From Candidatus Falkowbacteria bacterium (GTDB lineage Bacteria > Patescibacteriota > Patescibacteriia > XYB2-FULL-38-15): a DNA stretch of 60,671 bases. Shown one piece after another: positions 16,559-25,382 of this stretch. A program made the position numbers and the translations under genes. The notes below the pieces were generated by a model. It searched no databases and was not told where the DNA came from. It saw nothing but the letters and a program-made list of their open reading frames with translations. The stretch lies in contig JACRNW010000009.1 of NCBI GenBank assembly GCA_016214745.1, positions 1 through 60,671 on the forward strand, in the 5' to 3' direction. Within the stretch, counting starts at the first letter, position 1. Every line of letters starts with the position of its first letter.

Positions 16559-17512
16559 ATGAACATAAAACAAATTTTTGATCTGGCGATAAAAATGGGA
16601 ACCGATTCTGACTTGCGCGGCGCCTCGGCGGTTTCCAAAATGTTAAAAAGAAAAAAAGAACAGTACGAAAAATTAAATAAAGAACAAAAAGAAGAGTTTG
16701 ATCTTGAAGCGCTTACCAATCCTTATTTGGACAGTCGGATTCATTTTGATTCCGGAAAAAATCCAATTAAAAAAATCTTGGCTGGAATTGATATGGAAAG
16801 CGGCGAAGTTCTTCTGGCCGACAGGCTCGGCAACATTGATTTGGTTTTGGCTCATCATCCCCGCGGAAAGGCGCTTACTGATTTAGCTGACGTGATGCAT
16901 CTTCAGGCCGAAGTCTACGCTCAATATGGAGTCCCAATTAATGTAGCCGAAGCAATCCAAAAAACCCGAATTGAAGAAGTGGCTCGCGGCGTAAATCCCG
17001 TCAACCATTACCGCCCGATTGATACTGCTCGTCTCATCGGCAAAAGTTATATCAATGTCCACACGCCCTGCGATAATTTGGTCGCCAATTTTTTGAAGAA
17101 AAAAATCACCGCGGCCAAACCGGAATATGTCAACGACATCTTAAAATTATTGAAAGAAATTCCTGAATATAAAGAGGCAATAAAACTCGGCGCCGGACCG
17201 CGGCTTTTTGCCGGCCATCCGGATAATCATTGCGGCAAAGTGGCTGTCACGGAAATTACCGGCGGAACCGAACCTTCGGCAAAAATTTATGAAAAACTAT
17301 CTCTTGCTGGCGTTGGCACGATTATTGGCATGCACCAATCGGAAGAACATAAAAAAGAAGCCGAAGCCGCCCACATCAACGTCATCATCGCCGGACATAT
17401 GTCCTCCGATTCTATCGGCATGAATTTATTTTTAGATGAGCTTGAAAAAAAAGGAATTGAAATTATTCCCTGTTCAGGTTTAATCCGCGTCAAAAGATTT
17501 AAGAAAAAATAA
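16559..17512 (+). CDS. NIF3 (DUF34) family dinuclear-metal protein
   Basis: It has the LAHHP, HTPCDN and AGHMSSDS motifs. Confidence 0.6.
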   Translation: MNIKQIFDLAIKMGTDSDLRGASAVSKMLKRKKEQYEKLNKEQKEEFDLEALTNPYLDSRIHFDSGKNPIKKILAGIDMESGEVLLADRLGNIDLVLAHHPRGKALTDLADVMHLQAEVYAQYGVPINVAEAIQKTRIEEVARGVNPVNHYRPIDTARLIGKSYINVHTPCDNLVANFLKKKITAAKPEYVNDILKLLKEIPEYKEAIKLGAGPRLFAGHPDNHCGKVAVTEITGGTEPSAKIYEKLSLAGVGTIIGMHQSEEHKKEAEAAHINVIIAGHMSSDSIGMNLFLDELEKKGIEIIPCSGLIRVKRFKKK

Positions 17513-17584
17513 TCTACAAATTACAAATCAACTACAAATATACAAATTTGTATATTCGTAAAAAATTTGTAATTCGTAGGATGT

Positions 17585-18139
17585 ATGATTTCCTATCTCA
17601 AAGGAAAAATTATTTACAAAGGCGACCATTTCGCTATTCTGGAAACCGGCGGCATCGGTTATCAGGTTTTTCTGCCCGAGGCATATCTCTTAAAATACAA
17701 AACCGGCGAAGTAGTGGAAATTTTTACCCACGAGTACGCGCGCGAAGACAGCCGGGAACTCTACGGCTTTGGCACAGTGGAAGAATTAAAATTTTTCTGG
17801 CAATTAATCGGCATCTCCGGCGTCGGTCCGAAAATGGCCCATAAAATAATTTCCGCCTATAAATTAGAAAAGTTGGAAAAAGCAATTTCTGATGGCGACC
17901 TCGCAATTCTCGGAACTATTCCTGGCGTCGGTAAAAAAACCGCCCAAAAAATAATTCTGGAACTGAAAGGAAAACTTGTAACCGGAAAAACCGTTTCCGC
18001 CGATAATGAAATCGTGGACGCGCTGGTCCGTCTCGGCTACTCAAAAAATGAAGCGCATGAAGCTGTCGGAAAAATTGCCGAAGGGACGGAAGGCGCGGAA
18101 AATAAAATCAAAGCCGCTTTGAAAAATTTAGGAAAGTAA
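17585..18139 (+). CDS. ruvA: Holliday junction branch migration complex subunit RuvA
   Basis: It begins MISYLKGKI...GGIGYQVFLP and contains the helix-hairpin-helix segment GISGVGPKMA. Confidence 0.9.
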   Translation: MISYLKGKIIYKGDHFAILETGGIGYQVFLPEAYLLKYKTGEVVEIFTHEYAREDSRELYGFGTVEELKFFWQLIGISGVGPKMAHKIISAYKLEKLEKAISDGDLAILGTIPGVGKKTAQKIILELKGKLVTGKTVSADNEIVDALVRLGYSKNEAHEAVGKIAEGTEGAENKIKAALKNLGK

Positions 18140-18140
18140 A

Positions 18141-19130
18141 ATGTTTGAAGTTAAAAAAATAGACGACAAAATAAGGTGGAATAATTTTTTATTGAACCAG
18201 CCAACTCAGACTGGGATTTTTTTACAGAGTGCCGAGTGGCTTGATTTTCAGGAAATAATAAGACACAAAACCTTGCGGCTTGGTCTGGTCGATGAAAGTG
18301 ACGCGCTTCAGGCCGTCTCAGGCATTGTTGAAAATATTCTGCCACTTAGCAAAAAGTATTTTTATATCCCACGCGGCCCAGTAATGAATTACGAATTAGG
18401 CATTAAAAATTATGAATTTTTGATTGAAGAAATTTTAAAAATCGCCAAAAAAGAAAAGACATTTTTTTTGAGAATCGAACCAATCAATCAAAATCTGAAA
18501 TCTGAAATCTTAAATCTTTAATCTAAAAAAATAACTCACGTCCAGCCCGAGCACACGCTCATTTTGGATCTCACCAAATCCGAAGACGAACTTCTCGCCG
18601 CCATGCACGAAAAAACTCGTTATAATATCCGCCTGGCGGAGAAAAAAAATTTGGCTCTAAAAACCGGAACTGTTGATGATTTCTGGAAATTAATGGAAGA
18701 AACGACAAAACGCGATGAGTTCCGTGCCCATCCCAAAAAATATTACGAAAAAATGTTCGAAAAACTCGCGGACGGCGAAAAAAATAAAATGCGAGGGGAA
18801 TTAAAAATTGTTTATCAAGGCATTGCGCCGCTTGCCGCCGCGATCATCGGATATTTTGGCGACACAGTTACTTATCTTCACGGTGCGTCGTCTTACGAGT
18901 ATCGGAATTTAATGGCGCCGTATCTTTTACACTGGGAAATCATTAAAGAAGCAAAAAAACTCGGCTATAAATTTTATGACTTCTGGGGAATTGATGAAAA
19001 AAAATGGCCGGGCGTGACCCGTTTTAAAAAAGGCTTCGGCGGCTTCGAAATAAATTACCCCGGCACCTTTGACTTGCCAATCAATAAACTCTGGTATAAA
19101 ATTTACAATCTGGCAAAAAAAATATTATAA
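18141..19130 (+). pseudogene. FemAB/MurM-family peptidoglycan branch aminoacyltransferase interrupted by one in-frame TAA (18519..18521)
   Basis: ORFs 18141..18521 and 18564..19130 are in the same frame. The read-through translation continues ..SKKITHVQPEHTLILDLTKSEDELLAAMHEKTRYNIR, typical of the family. The combined length is about 329 aa. Confidence 0.65.
18491..18524. repeat. heptanucleotide tandem repeat AAATCTG AAATCTG AAATCTT AAATCTT TAATCT
   Basis: This is read directly. The in-frame stop is the T of the last, degenerate unit. Confidence 0.9.
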
Positions 19131-19147
19131 AATCGCGTTAAACTTTT

Positions 19148-19219
19148 GCTCCCATAGCTCAATGGATAGAGCGCAGGCCTCCGAAGCCTGAAATGGCTGT
19201 TCGAATCAGCCTGGGAGCA
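19148..19219 (+). tRNA. tRNA-Arg(CCG)
   Basis: The acceptor is GCTCCCA/TGGGAGC, the anticodon loop CTCCGAA and the T-loop TTCGAAT. No CCA is encoded. It is followed by the terminator AAAAAACCGCGGTTTTTTT. Confidence 0.9.
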
Positions 19220-19245
19220 GTAAAAAACCGCGGTTTTTTTATAGT

Positions 19246-19273
19246 AAAAAAAGAGTGGGCCATTGGTCCACTC
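19246..19273 (-). terminator. intrinsic terminator of the 19291..19509 ORF
   Basis: The minus strand reads GAGTGGACC-aat-GGCCCACTCTTTTTTT. Its sequence is related to the terminator at 59630..59661. Confidence 0.55.
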
Positions 19274-19290
19274 GCCCCCCGCTCTGCGCT

Positions 19291-19509
19291 TCAGTGATGT
19301 TGTCTGGGATCGTAAAAGCCGCCCGGCGGCCACGGCATGATGCTGGCCACACTTCCTTTCTTGTTCTCCTGCCACTCATTCCACCAGTGCGAAAACGTCT
19401 GCCAGACGAAATCGGCCAACGCACCCGGCAGCCGAACTGGCATGAGCGCCAAGTTGACGACACTGCCGAACATCTTCCGGAGTTCCTCTACCCCTTTTCC
19501 CAAATCCAT
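19291..19509 (-). CDS. small Trp-rich protein (72 aa), unknown family
   Basis: A strong GGAGGAGG lies 6 nt upstream of the ATG. The ORF is GC-rich and has its own promoter and terminator. Confidence 0.6.
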   Translation of the reverse strand: MDLGKGVEELRKMFGSVVNLALMPVRLPGALADFVWQTFSHWWNEWQENKKGSVASIMPWPPGGFYDPRQHH

Positions 19510-19530
19510 CTTCCTCCTCCTTCTGCCATA

Positions 19531-19559
19531 AATTTAATTTAAAATCTTAAAATTGTCAA
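19531..19559 (-). promoter_or_regulatory. sigma70-like promoter TTGACA-N17-TAAATT (minus strand)
   Basis: It has the same hexamers, spacing and TGGCAGAA..GGAGGAG leader as 761..789. Confidence 0.5.
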
Positions 19560-19608
19560 CTCAAAACCCGCCTCATCGGCGGGTTTTGTCTTTTATTACC
19601 TTAACATT

Positions 19609-21654
19609 TTATCTCACAATTCCCTTTCCTTCAGCCGCCGGGTCACCGTCAAGATTAGAAGTCAGGGCGTCGCGATTTATCGTAATTGTGCCGCTGGTTG
19701 TTTTATCGGTCGCTTGCAAATTAGTGTCTAAAATCAGAGTTAAAAGTTTTCCCTTCTCTCCTGCGGCGGGCGTGACCGTAATTTCAAAATCAGCGCCTAA
19801 ACTTTTTACATCAAGCGGCATCCGGTTCAGAGTCCAGGTCACTTCGCGAGTCGCCTCATCAAATTTTAATTCTCCAGCTGCGATCTCATACTTACCGGAC
19901 CAATTAATATTTCCCGGAAGAGTGGCACTCACTTTTAAATTTTCCACTTCATGTAAAGAATTTGTTACCCCCCAAAAAATTCTGTAAGCCGTGACTTCCC
20001 CGACTTTCGGCGGAAGCGGCCCGCTCCCCACCGCGATATTATCATCGTTAAAATATCTGGCTTCGGCCGTTAGGGCAAGGTCACTATTTATTTTTAAATT
20101 AATGGTATTGCTTTCAATTGTTTCCTCTTCGGTCCCATTTCCGTTCTTGCCGATTTTTACGCTGACAAAACTTTTAACATTAAAATCTTTGGTATTCCAC
20201 GACTGAAATTCCAAAAATGGTTTTACTTTTATCTGAAAATTAATTGTCCCTTCCGCTCCGGGCGCGAGTTTAGCGAGAGCCGGAATTTGCCGTTTTGTCC
20301 AGGTAATAGTTCCCTGCCGCACTTCAGGCGTTAGCTGAGTGCCGAGCACCACGCCATTCGCATCATCTTTCAGGGTCGCCCAATCTAAAATCATTTTATT
20401 ATTGCGCGAAGTTGATTCAAAAATCATTTTTATCTCAACGTCGGACAAATCTGTCTTATCTTTATTCTGGTAGACAACGGCGTAATTCAACGTGCTGCCA
20501 AAACTTACTGTCCGGTCTTTTGGATCGCCATTTAAAATGAGCGTCGGCATTATCGCTCCGACTAAAACATTTGTCTTAAAAATATTTTCTTTTTGCAAAT
20601 AAAATTTATCTCCGTTCGCAAAACCGATTTGCGCCTTGAACTCCCGTTCTCCCTCGGCCGCCGGACCGAAAGAACCGGCGAACTCAATTTCTTTCTCCTC
20701 GCCCGGCGCCGCTTCGGCGATTTCCCAACTTGCCGCATCTCGCACTCCGGGCCGTTCCTTAAAAGAAAAATCCTCTGGTCCGATTACGGAAATTTTTATG
20801 CCCTGAAGCGGTTCGCTCCCGACATTTTTATATTTTATTTTAAAATTTATTTCTTTATTGGCTAAAATTCTCTCCGGGCCGGAGAGGGCCACATCCAAAA
20901 ATGAACTTTGTATTTTTGTCACGGCCGTGGCCACTTTTTGAAATTCGGAATTAAAATCAGCCGGCTTATAAGTTAACACTGCCTGAAGCGTCGCGAGAGA
21001 TTCTTGCTCTCCGTATAATATTCCTCTTATTTTTATCTCGCCACTCTTGCTGGCCGCGATACTTCCGATTTTCCAAACACTTTGCCCTTCCGCGATAACC
21101 GGATCTGTTTCACTTAAAACAAAATTTTCCGGCAATCTGATGTTAATCTCAGCCTGACCGAGGGGAACTGTCTCGTTGTTTTCATATTTTATTGTATATT
21201 CTACTTTCTCTCCGCCAGCCACCGTGTCGGGCGAGGTTATCTCCAAATTTACTTTTTCTCCGCTAAACGCCCGACCGCGGCCAAAAAAGAAAAACCCAGC
21301 CCAGGAAAGCGCCGCCGCAAAAATACAAAAAATAAGCGCGCCAACCATAAATCTTTTTACTCTATTTTTTTTCTTATGGTAAATTTTTGACATATCGGAA
21401 ATTTTTCCGTCCTGATCTTCGTAAATTTCTCTTAATTCTTTATCTATTTCTTTTTTCCCGAGACGTTTTTCTTTCCTGGGCGGCGCACCAGCCGGCTTTT
21501 TGCCGGAAAGCATTTTTTCTTCCTCTTTTGGCGGGAGTTCAACCATTTCTTCTGCCGCTTTTAACATTTTTACCTCATCCTTCCCGCTTACTTCGGCCTT
21601 ACGAACTGCCCGGCCTCGCGCTACTTTTTTCTTTTTTTCTTTTGTCCCTGCCAT
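19609..21654 (-). CDS. membrane-anchored surface protein with a Lys-rich N-terminus, unknown function
   Basis: It is a 681-aa ORF with one TM segment (FMVGALIFCIFAAALSWAGFFFF) and repeated beta-rich segments. Confidence 0.75.
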   Translation of the reverse strand: MAGTKEKKKKVARGRAVRKAEVSGKDEVKMLKAAEEMVELPPKEEEKMLSGKKPAGAPPRKEKRLGKKEIDKELREIYEDQDGKISDMSKIYHKKKNRVKRFMVGALIFCIFAAALSWAGFFFFGRGRAFSGEKVNLEITSPDTVAGGEKVEYTIKYENNETVPLGQAEINIRLPENFVLSETDPVIAEGQSVWKIGSIAASKSGEIKIRGILYGEQESLATLQAVLTYKPADFNSEFQKVATAVTKIQSSFLDVALSGPERILANKEINFKIKYKNVGSEPLQGIKISVIGPEDFSFKERPGVRDAASWEIAEAAPGEEKEIEFAGSFGPAAEGEREFKAQIGFANGDKFYLQKENIFKTNVLVGAIMPTLILNGDPKDRTVSFGSTLNYAVVYQNKDKTDLSDVEIKMIFESTSRNNKMILDWATLKDDANGVVLGTQLTPEVRQGTITWTKRQIPALAKLAPGAEGTINFQIKVKPFLEFQSWNTKDFNVKSFVSVKIGKNGNGTEEETIESNTINLKINSDLALTAEARYFNDDNIAVGSGPLPPKVGEVTAYRIFWGVTNSLHEVENLKVSATLPGNINWSGKYEIAAGELKFDEATREVTWTLNRMPLDVKSLGADFEITVTPAAGEKGKLLTLILDTNLQATDKTTSGTITINRDALTSNLDGDPAAEGKGIVR

Positions 21655-21662
21655 ATTATTGA

Positions 21663-24011
21663 TTATTGACTTATGAAATTAACTAAATAAAAAGTATCTC
21701 TGTCAATTTGATTGCTGGATTTAACTTCGGCCGCGCTAATCGTGAGATTGTCGCCGTACTGCCAAGCCGCTTGCCAATTTTTTGGAAAAACAAGACTGCT
21801 TGAAAAAGCGGATGCTACGCCCGGCTGTTTTTGAACTAATAATTGATAAGAAATTCCCGGGCTCTTCTCGGACGTGAATTTTTCTGAAAAATTATCCCAC
21901 CAATTTTTTTCAACTACTGGCATGGAAAGTTTGAAGGGCAGCAAATATTCAAAACTAACCGTCACTTCTTCGCCCGGATCAACTTGAACCCAATTCCCAA
22001 AAACCGTTTTGCCAAATTCATTCGTTATCGTTGTGCCACTTGCCGCGTGAACTGTCGCTCCGCTTTCGCTATTTTTTAAATCCGGATCAATCTTATAATC
22101 GCTTTCCGGTTTTTCAAAAAGATTTTCCGGCGGAGCTTCAAAACCTTCGGCGGAAAGCAGAGTGCTGCCAGGGGGAACATACGCTCGGAGATAATCTACA
22201 TTTCGGACGCCGGTAAAAAGTTCTCTTTTAATTCCCTCGTGCGTTCTCGTAATAGTTAATTTATTTTTGATATAGCCGTCTTCGGTGATATTCGTCTGAA
22301 GATCAATTTTTTGTTTAACCACCCGGTCGGTTTTTCCGCCAGCGATATTTGTATTTATAACGGCTAAATAATCGGTCTTTTCGGGAACCGATTTCATTTC
22401 CCCGCCCCAGTCAAAATTTTTAATTTCATGCTCTATTCCCGGAAAAACAGAATAGAGTAAAACGTCTTTTTTCGACAAGGCTCGCAAAAGAACTGTTAAA
22501 ATTTGTCCAAACTGCTTCGGGTCGGCCGAAGTTATTTTCGCGATTAATTTTGGAGCCATGTCGCTGATTATTTTTTTCGGCTTATTTTCTTGTTTGTCAT
22601 ATTCTATTTCCACCGCCTTCTGGATTTCATCAATAAAATTTTCTTTGCTCAAAATTTTTCCGTATTCCGGCATTTCAATCGGCCCAACGACCGCTAAAAG
22701 ATCGGCGACCAAATCGGCATTCACGGCAATCACGCCGTCCACGGTCGGCCCGCCGCTTTTTTCATAAAACCATTTTATTTTCTCGGCTGAAGCGGGAAAA
22801 TCGGGAAACCAATTCGCGTCCTGCAGCTGCCATCTGTCTGCGATTAACTGCAGCGGTTCGGGAGGAACAATGCGTTCTTTAAGCGATCCCTTAAAATCAT
22901 AAGGCCCGCCGCCCGGCACTTCCATTTTTTTAATTTCTCCGCGGTCAAAATCAACCAAGGCCAAACTTCCCATAAAGCCGCCCGTTGGCCGGATTTCTCC
23001 GGGATTTTGAAAAACCACCAAATATCTCTTGCTTGTTTCATCACCCAAAAACTTTATCATTAAATCGGAAACTGAAATCAAATTTTTGATACTTGAGACA
23101 AGCTGTGGCATTTTACCTTGTAAAATTCCAAAAACTTCCTGCTTGTCTTCGGGAACGGCTTGAATTTTTACGGTGTAAATTTTATCCGAGGCCGCCGCTA
23201 CTTCCGGTAAAATCACGACCAGTCGATTGCGTAAAATTTTTATTTTTTCCGTCAACTTTTTTTCGCTGCCCGGCGCGGAAAAATCGGCTAAACTTTTAAG
23301 AACGCCCTCTACGGCCCATGAAAGTTTCTCGCCGGCAAAAAGTAGCGCCTCGCCAGCTTCTAATTTTTCTCCCCCGACCGGCATGGCCCGAATGAGATTT
23401 AAAACAGAAGAATTAATCCGACCGATTTCCTCGCTGGAACGGACAAAGGCATCGGACGCCTGGCCAAAACTTTCGGCCGCGCCGGAAAAATCAGCCTGCG
23501 AAAATTTAAGACTGCCGGCCGATAAATTAAGGTACGCTTCTTCAGCGCTGATCGTTGCCGTCCGTTCGGTATTTTTCAAAGATTCATAATAAGAAAAAGT
23601 CTGAAGCGGTAAAATAAAAAGAAAAGCTACGGCTCCAAAACTCATCAACTTTTTACAATCAGCAAAAGCAAAACTTAAAAACTTAAAAAATCTTGGAACA
23701 GCTCGCGCGGCGAGAATAAAATTCCAAAATAATTTTTGCGGGCCGTGGAATAAAAAAGAAAAAAAATTTCTGATATTTCTCACTAAGGAAATTCTAAAGC
23801 GAACAAAAGCCAGCCTTGATATTCCACCGCGCTTCATTTCAATTTTTGGCACTTTTAATTTGGCTGGCGCGATCTCCACCTTTTTTGCCTCTGATTTTTC
23901 CGCCATCACTTTATTCAAATCTAAAATATGGGGCGACGGATGCACGCCAAAAGTTGGCTCGGTCCTCCCAACCTCAAAAACTTTTTCGGTTTTTTTAATT
24001 TTTGGCGACAT
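21663..24011 (-). CDS. DUF4012-like envelope protein
   Basis: It has an NPGEIRPTGGFMGS motif and an N-terminal TM segment. The longest ORF extends to 24080, but that part translates the repeat element. The start MSPKIKK at 24011 is preferred. Confidence 0.7.
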   Translation of the reverse strand: MSPKIKKTEKVFEVGRTEPTFGVHPSPHILDLNKVMAEKSEAKKVEIAPAKLKVPKIEMKRGGISRLAFVRFRISLVRNIRNFFSFLFHGPQKLFWNFILAARAVPRFFKFLSFAFADCKKLMSFGAVAFLFILPLQTFSYYESLKNTERTATISAEEAYLNLSAGSLKFSQADFSGAAESFGQASDAFVRSSEEIGRINSSVLNLIRAMPVGGEKLEAGEALLFAGEKLSWAVEGVLKSLADFSAPGSEKKLTEKIKILRNRLVVILPEVAAASDKIYTVKIQAVPEDKQEVFGILQGKMPQLVSSIKNLISVSDLMIKFLGDETSKRYLVVFQNPGEIRPTGGFMGSLALVDFDRGEIKKMEVPGGGPYDFKGSLKERIVPPEPLQLIADRWQLQDANWFPDFPASAEKIKWFYEKSGGPTVDGVIAVNADLVADLLAVVGPIEMPEYGKILSKENFIDEIQKAVEIEYDKQENKPKKIISDMAPKLIAKITSADPKQFGQILTVLLRALSKKDVLLYSVFPGIEHEIKNFDWGGEMKSVPEKTDYLAVINTNIAGGKTDRVVKQKIDLQTNITEDGYIKNKLTITRTHEGIKRELFTGVRNVDYLRAYVPPGSTLLSAEGFEAPPENLFEKPESDYKIDPDLKNSESGATVHAASGTTITNEFGKTVFGNWVQVDPGEEVTVSFEYLLPFKLSMPVVEKNWWDNFSEKFTSEKSPGISYQLLVQKQPGVASAFSSSLVFPKNWQAAWQYGDNLTISAAEVKSSNQIDRDTFYLVNFISQ

Positions 24012-24032
24012 TTTGAGAAAGGGTTTTAAACC

Positions 24033-24099
24033 CTGTGTTATCTGCGCTCGCTCGGAAAAGTAAATAAATTTACTTTTCACTCACTCGCTTGATAATAAA
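24033..24099. repeat. copy 2 of the 3-copy conserved element
   Basis: The sequence is CTGTGTTATCTGCGCTCGCTCG, then GAAAAGTAAAT-AA-ATTTACTTTTC, then ACTCACTCGCTTGATAATAAA. Its right end overlaps the stop of the GT4 gene. Confidence 0.85.
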
Positions 24100-25303
24100 T
24101 TTGTAAAGTTTTTTCGGCTAAATTTTGCCAACTGTATTTTTTGACCTGTTCTAAACCCAATTTTATAAGATTTTGCCTTGTCGGCTCATCGCTCCAGACA
24201 AATTTTATTTTTTCTATCATGTCTTGTTCGTCTTTCGGGTCAAAATAAACCGCAGCGTCGCCATAAATTTCCGGAAGGCATGAAGAATTTGAAGCCGCGA
24301 GTGGCAAACCATAACTCATGGCTTCAAGGCCTGGCAGGCCAAATCCTTCAACAAACGACGGGAAAACGTAGACTCGCGCGTTGCGGTAAAGATCGGCGAG
24401 GATTGCTTCGGAAACAAAGTCGGTGAAAATTATATTCTTCTCATTCGGCGTTCCTTTAATTTCCTCCTTCATCCTTTTATAAAAATAGTCTTCACGACCG
24501 ACCAATACTAACTGACAATCTAAATTTAATTTAGGAAAAATTTTTATTAGTCCTTCCAAATTTTTATGCGGATAGGCGTTGCCGACGTAAAGAAGATACG
24601 GCTTCGTGATTCCGAACTTGGCCAGATTTTTTTTCTCCGGCATTTTTAACTGACCATATTCCACGCCGTCACAGGCCTCATAGGTGACCGCGATTTTTTC
24701 CGGATTAATTTTGAAAAATTTTACTAATTCTTTTTTGGTGCACTCGGAAACGGTAATAACTTTTTTCGCCCGCCGGAGGCCGAGACCAATCACGAGTCGA
24801 TAACCAAAATATTTTATTTTGTAAAGTAGTGGACCGAGCGTTGTCGCCCGCGGGGTTGGAAACTGTAACAAAATTAAATCATGAATTGTCGCGACAAATT
24901 TTGCCGGACAAAAAATGGGAATGTTAAAGTGCGGAAAATGGACAAGATCAAGCTTCTCTTGCCGAATTTTCCAGGGCATCATTATTTGCTCTTTCAGACT
25001 ATACCACGGGTAATCGGCTAAAACTTTTTTGAAATTGGAAACTTTGGGAGTGTAATAATCCCAATTTTCTTTTCGTAAAAAAATTATGTATTCATTTTGG
25101 GGACCTGCCCCGTACGAAGTAGAGGTATTTTTTTTCTCCTCAACACCCCTCTCACCTTGCGTTTGTTGCTCCGCCGAGTTCATCGGTTCGCTGAAACTTC
25201 GTATGGGGTCAAGTTTTTCCAGATTTTCCACCAACCGCTCCACATATCTGCCCAAACCCTTGCCCACCGGCCCAAAAAACCTCGCATCAATACCTATTTT
25301 CAT
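24077..25303 (-). CDS. glycosyltransferase family 4
   Basis: It has the EGFGLPGLEAMSYGLPL..PEIYGDAAVYFDP motif and carries an about 100-nt hairpin insert near the N-terminus. Confidence 0.85.
   Translation of the reverse strand: MKIGIDARFFGPVGKGLGRYVERLVENLEKLDPIRSFSEPMNSAEQQTQGERGVEEKKNTSTSYGAGPQNEYIIFLRKENWDYYTPKVSNFKKVLADYPWYSLKEQIMMPWKIRQEKLDLVHFPHFNIPIFCPAKFVATIHDLILLQFPTPRATTLGPLLYKIKYFGYRLVIGLGLRRAKKVITVSECTKKELVKFFKINPEKIAVTYEACDGVEYGQLKMPEKKNLAKFGITKPYLLYVGNAYPHKNLEGLIKIFPKLNLDCQLVLVGREDYFYKRMKEEIKGTPNEKNIIFTDFVSEAILADLYRNARVYVFPSFVEGFGLPGLEAMSYGLPLAASNSSCLPEIYGDAAVYFDPKDEQDMIEKIKFVWSDEPTRQNLIKLGLEQVKKYSWQNLAEKTLQIYYQASE
25108..25208. repeat. long hairpin element inside a GT4 ORF (CCCCGTACGAAGT ... 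ACTTCGTATGGGG)
   Basis: The 13-nt arms are complementary with one G:T pair. The arms resemble the element at 36453..36556. Confidence 0.6.
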
Positions 25304-25340
25304 AGATTAATTATAGCAAAAAACCACACATAAGTAAAAA

Positions 25341-25362
25341 GAGGGCTCATCTGGCCCTCTGG
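25341..25362 (-). terminator. intrinsic terminator
   Basis: The minus strand reads AGAGGGCC-agatga-GCCCTCTTTTT. Confidence 0.55.
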
Positions 25363-25382
25363 ATGTTTGTTTTATTTATCAA

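Noticed and set aside
18519-18521. Alternative genetic code as an explanation for the in-frame stop in the Fem-family gene.
   Set aside because: The stop is TAA. TGA, TAA and TAG all terminate well-supported genes in the window (for example porG and porD end with TGA, the ATPase with TAG). There is therefore no evidence for code 4 or 25 or other reassignment.
21663-24080. Longest-ORF start at 24080 for the DUF4012-like gene.
   Set aside because: The first 23 codons translate copy 2 of the conserved repeat element and overlap the upstream gene's stop. The ATG at 24011 follows the element and a small hairpin, and is the more plausible start.
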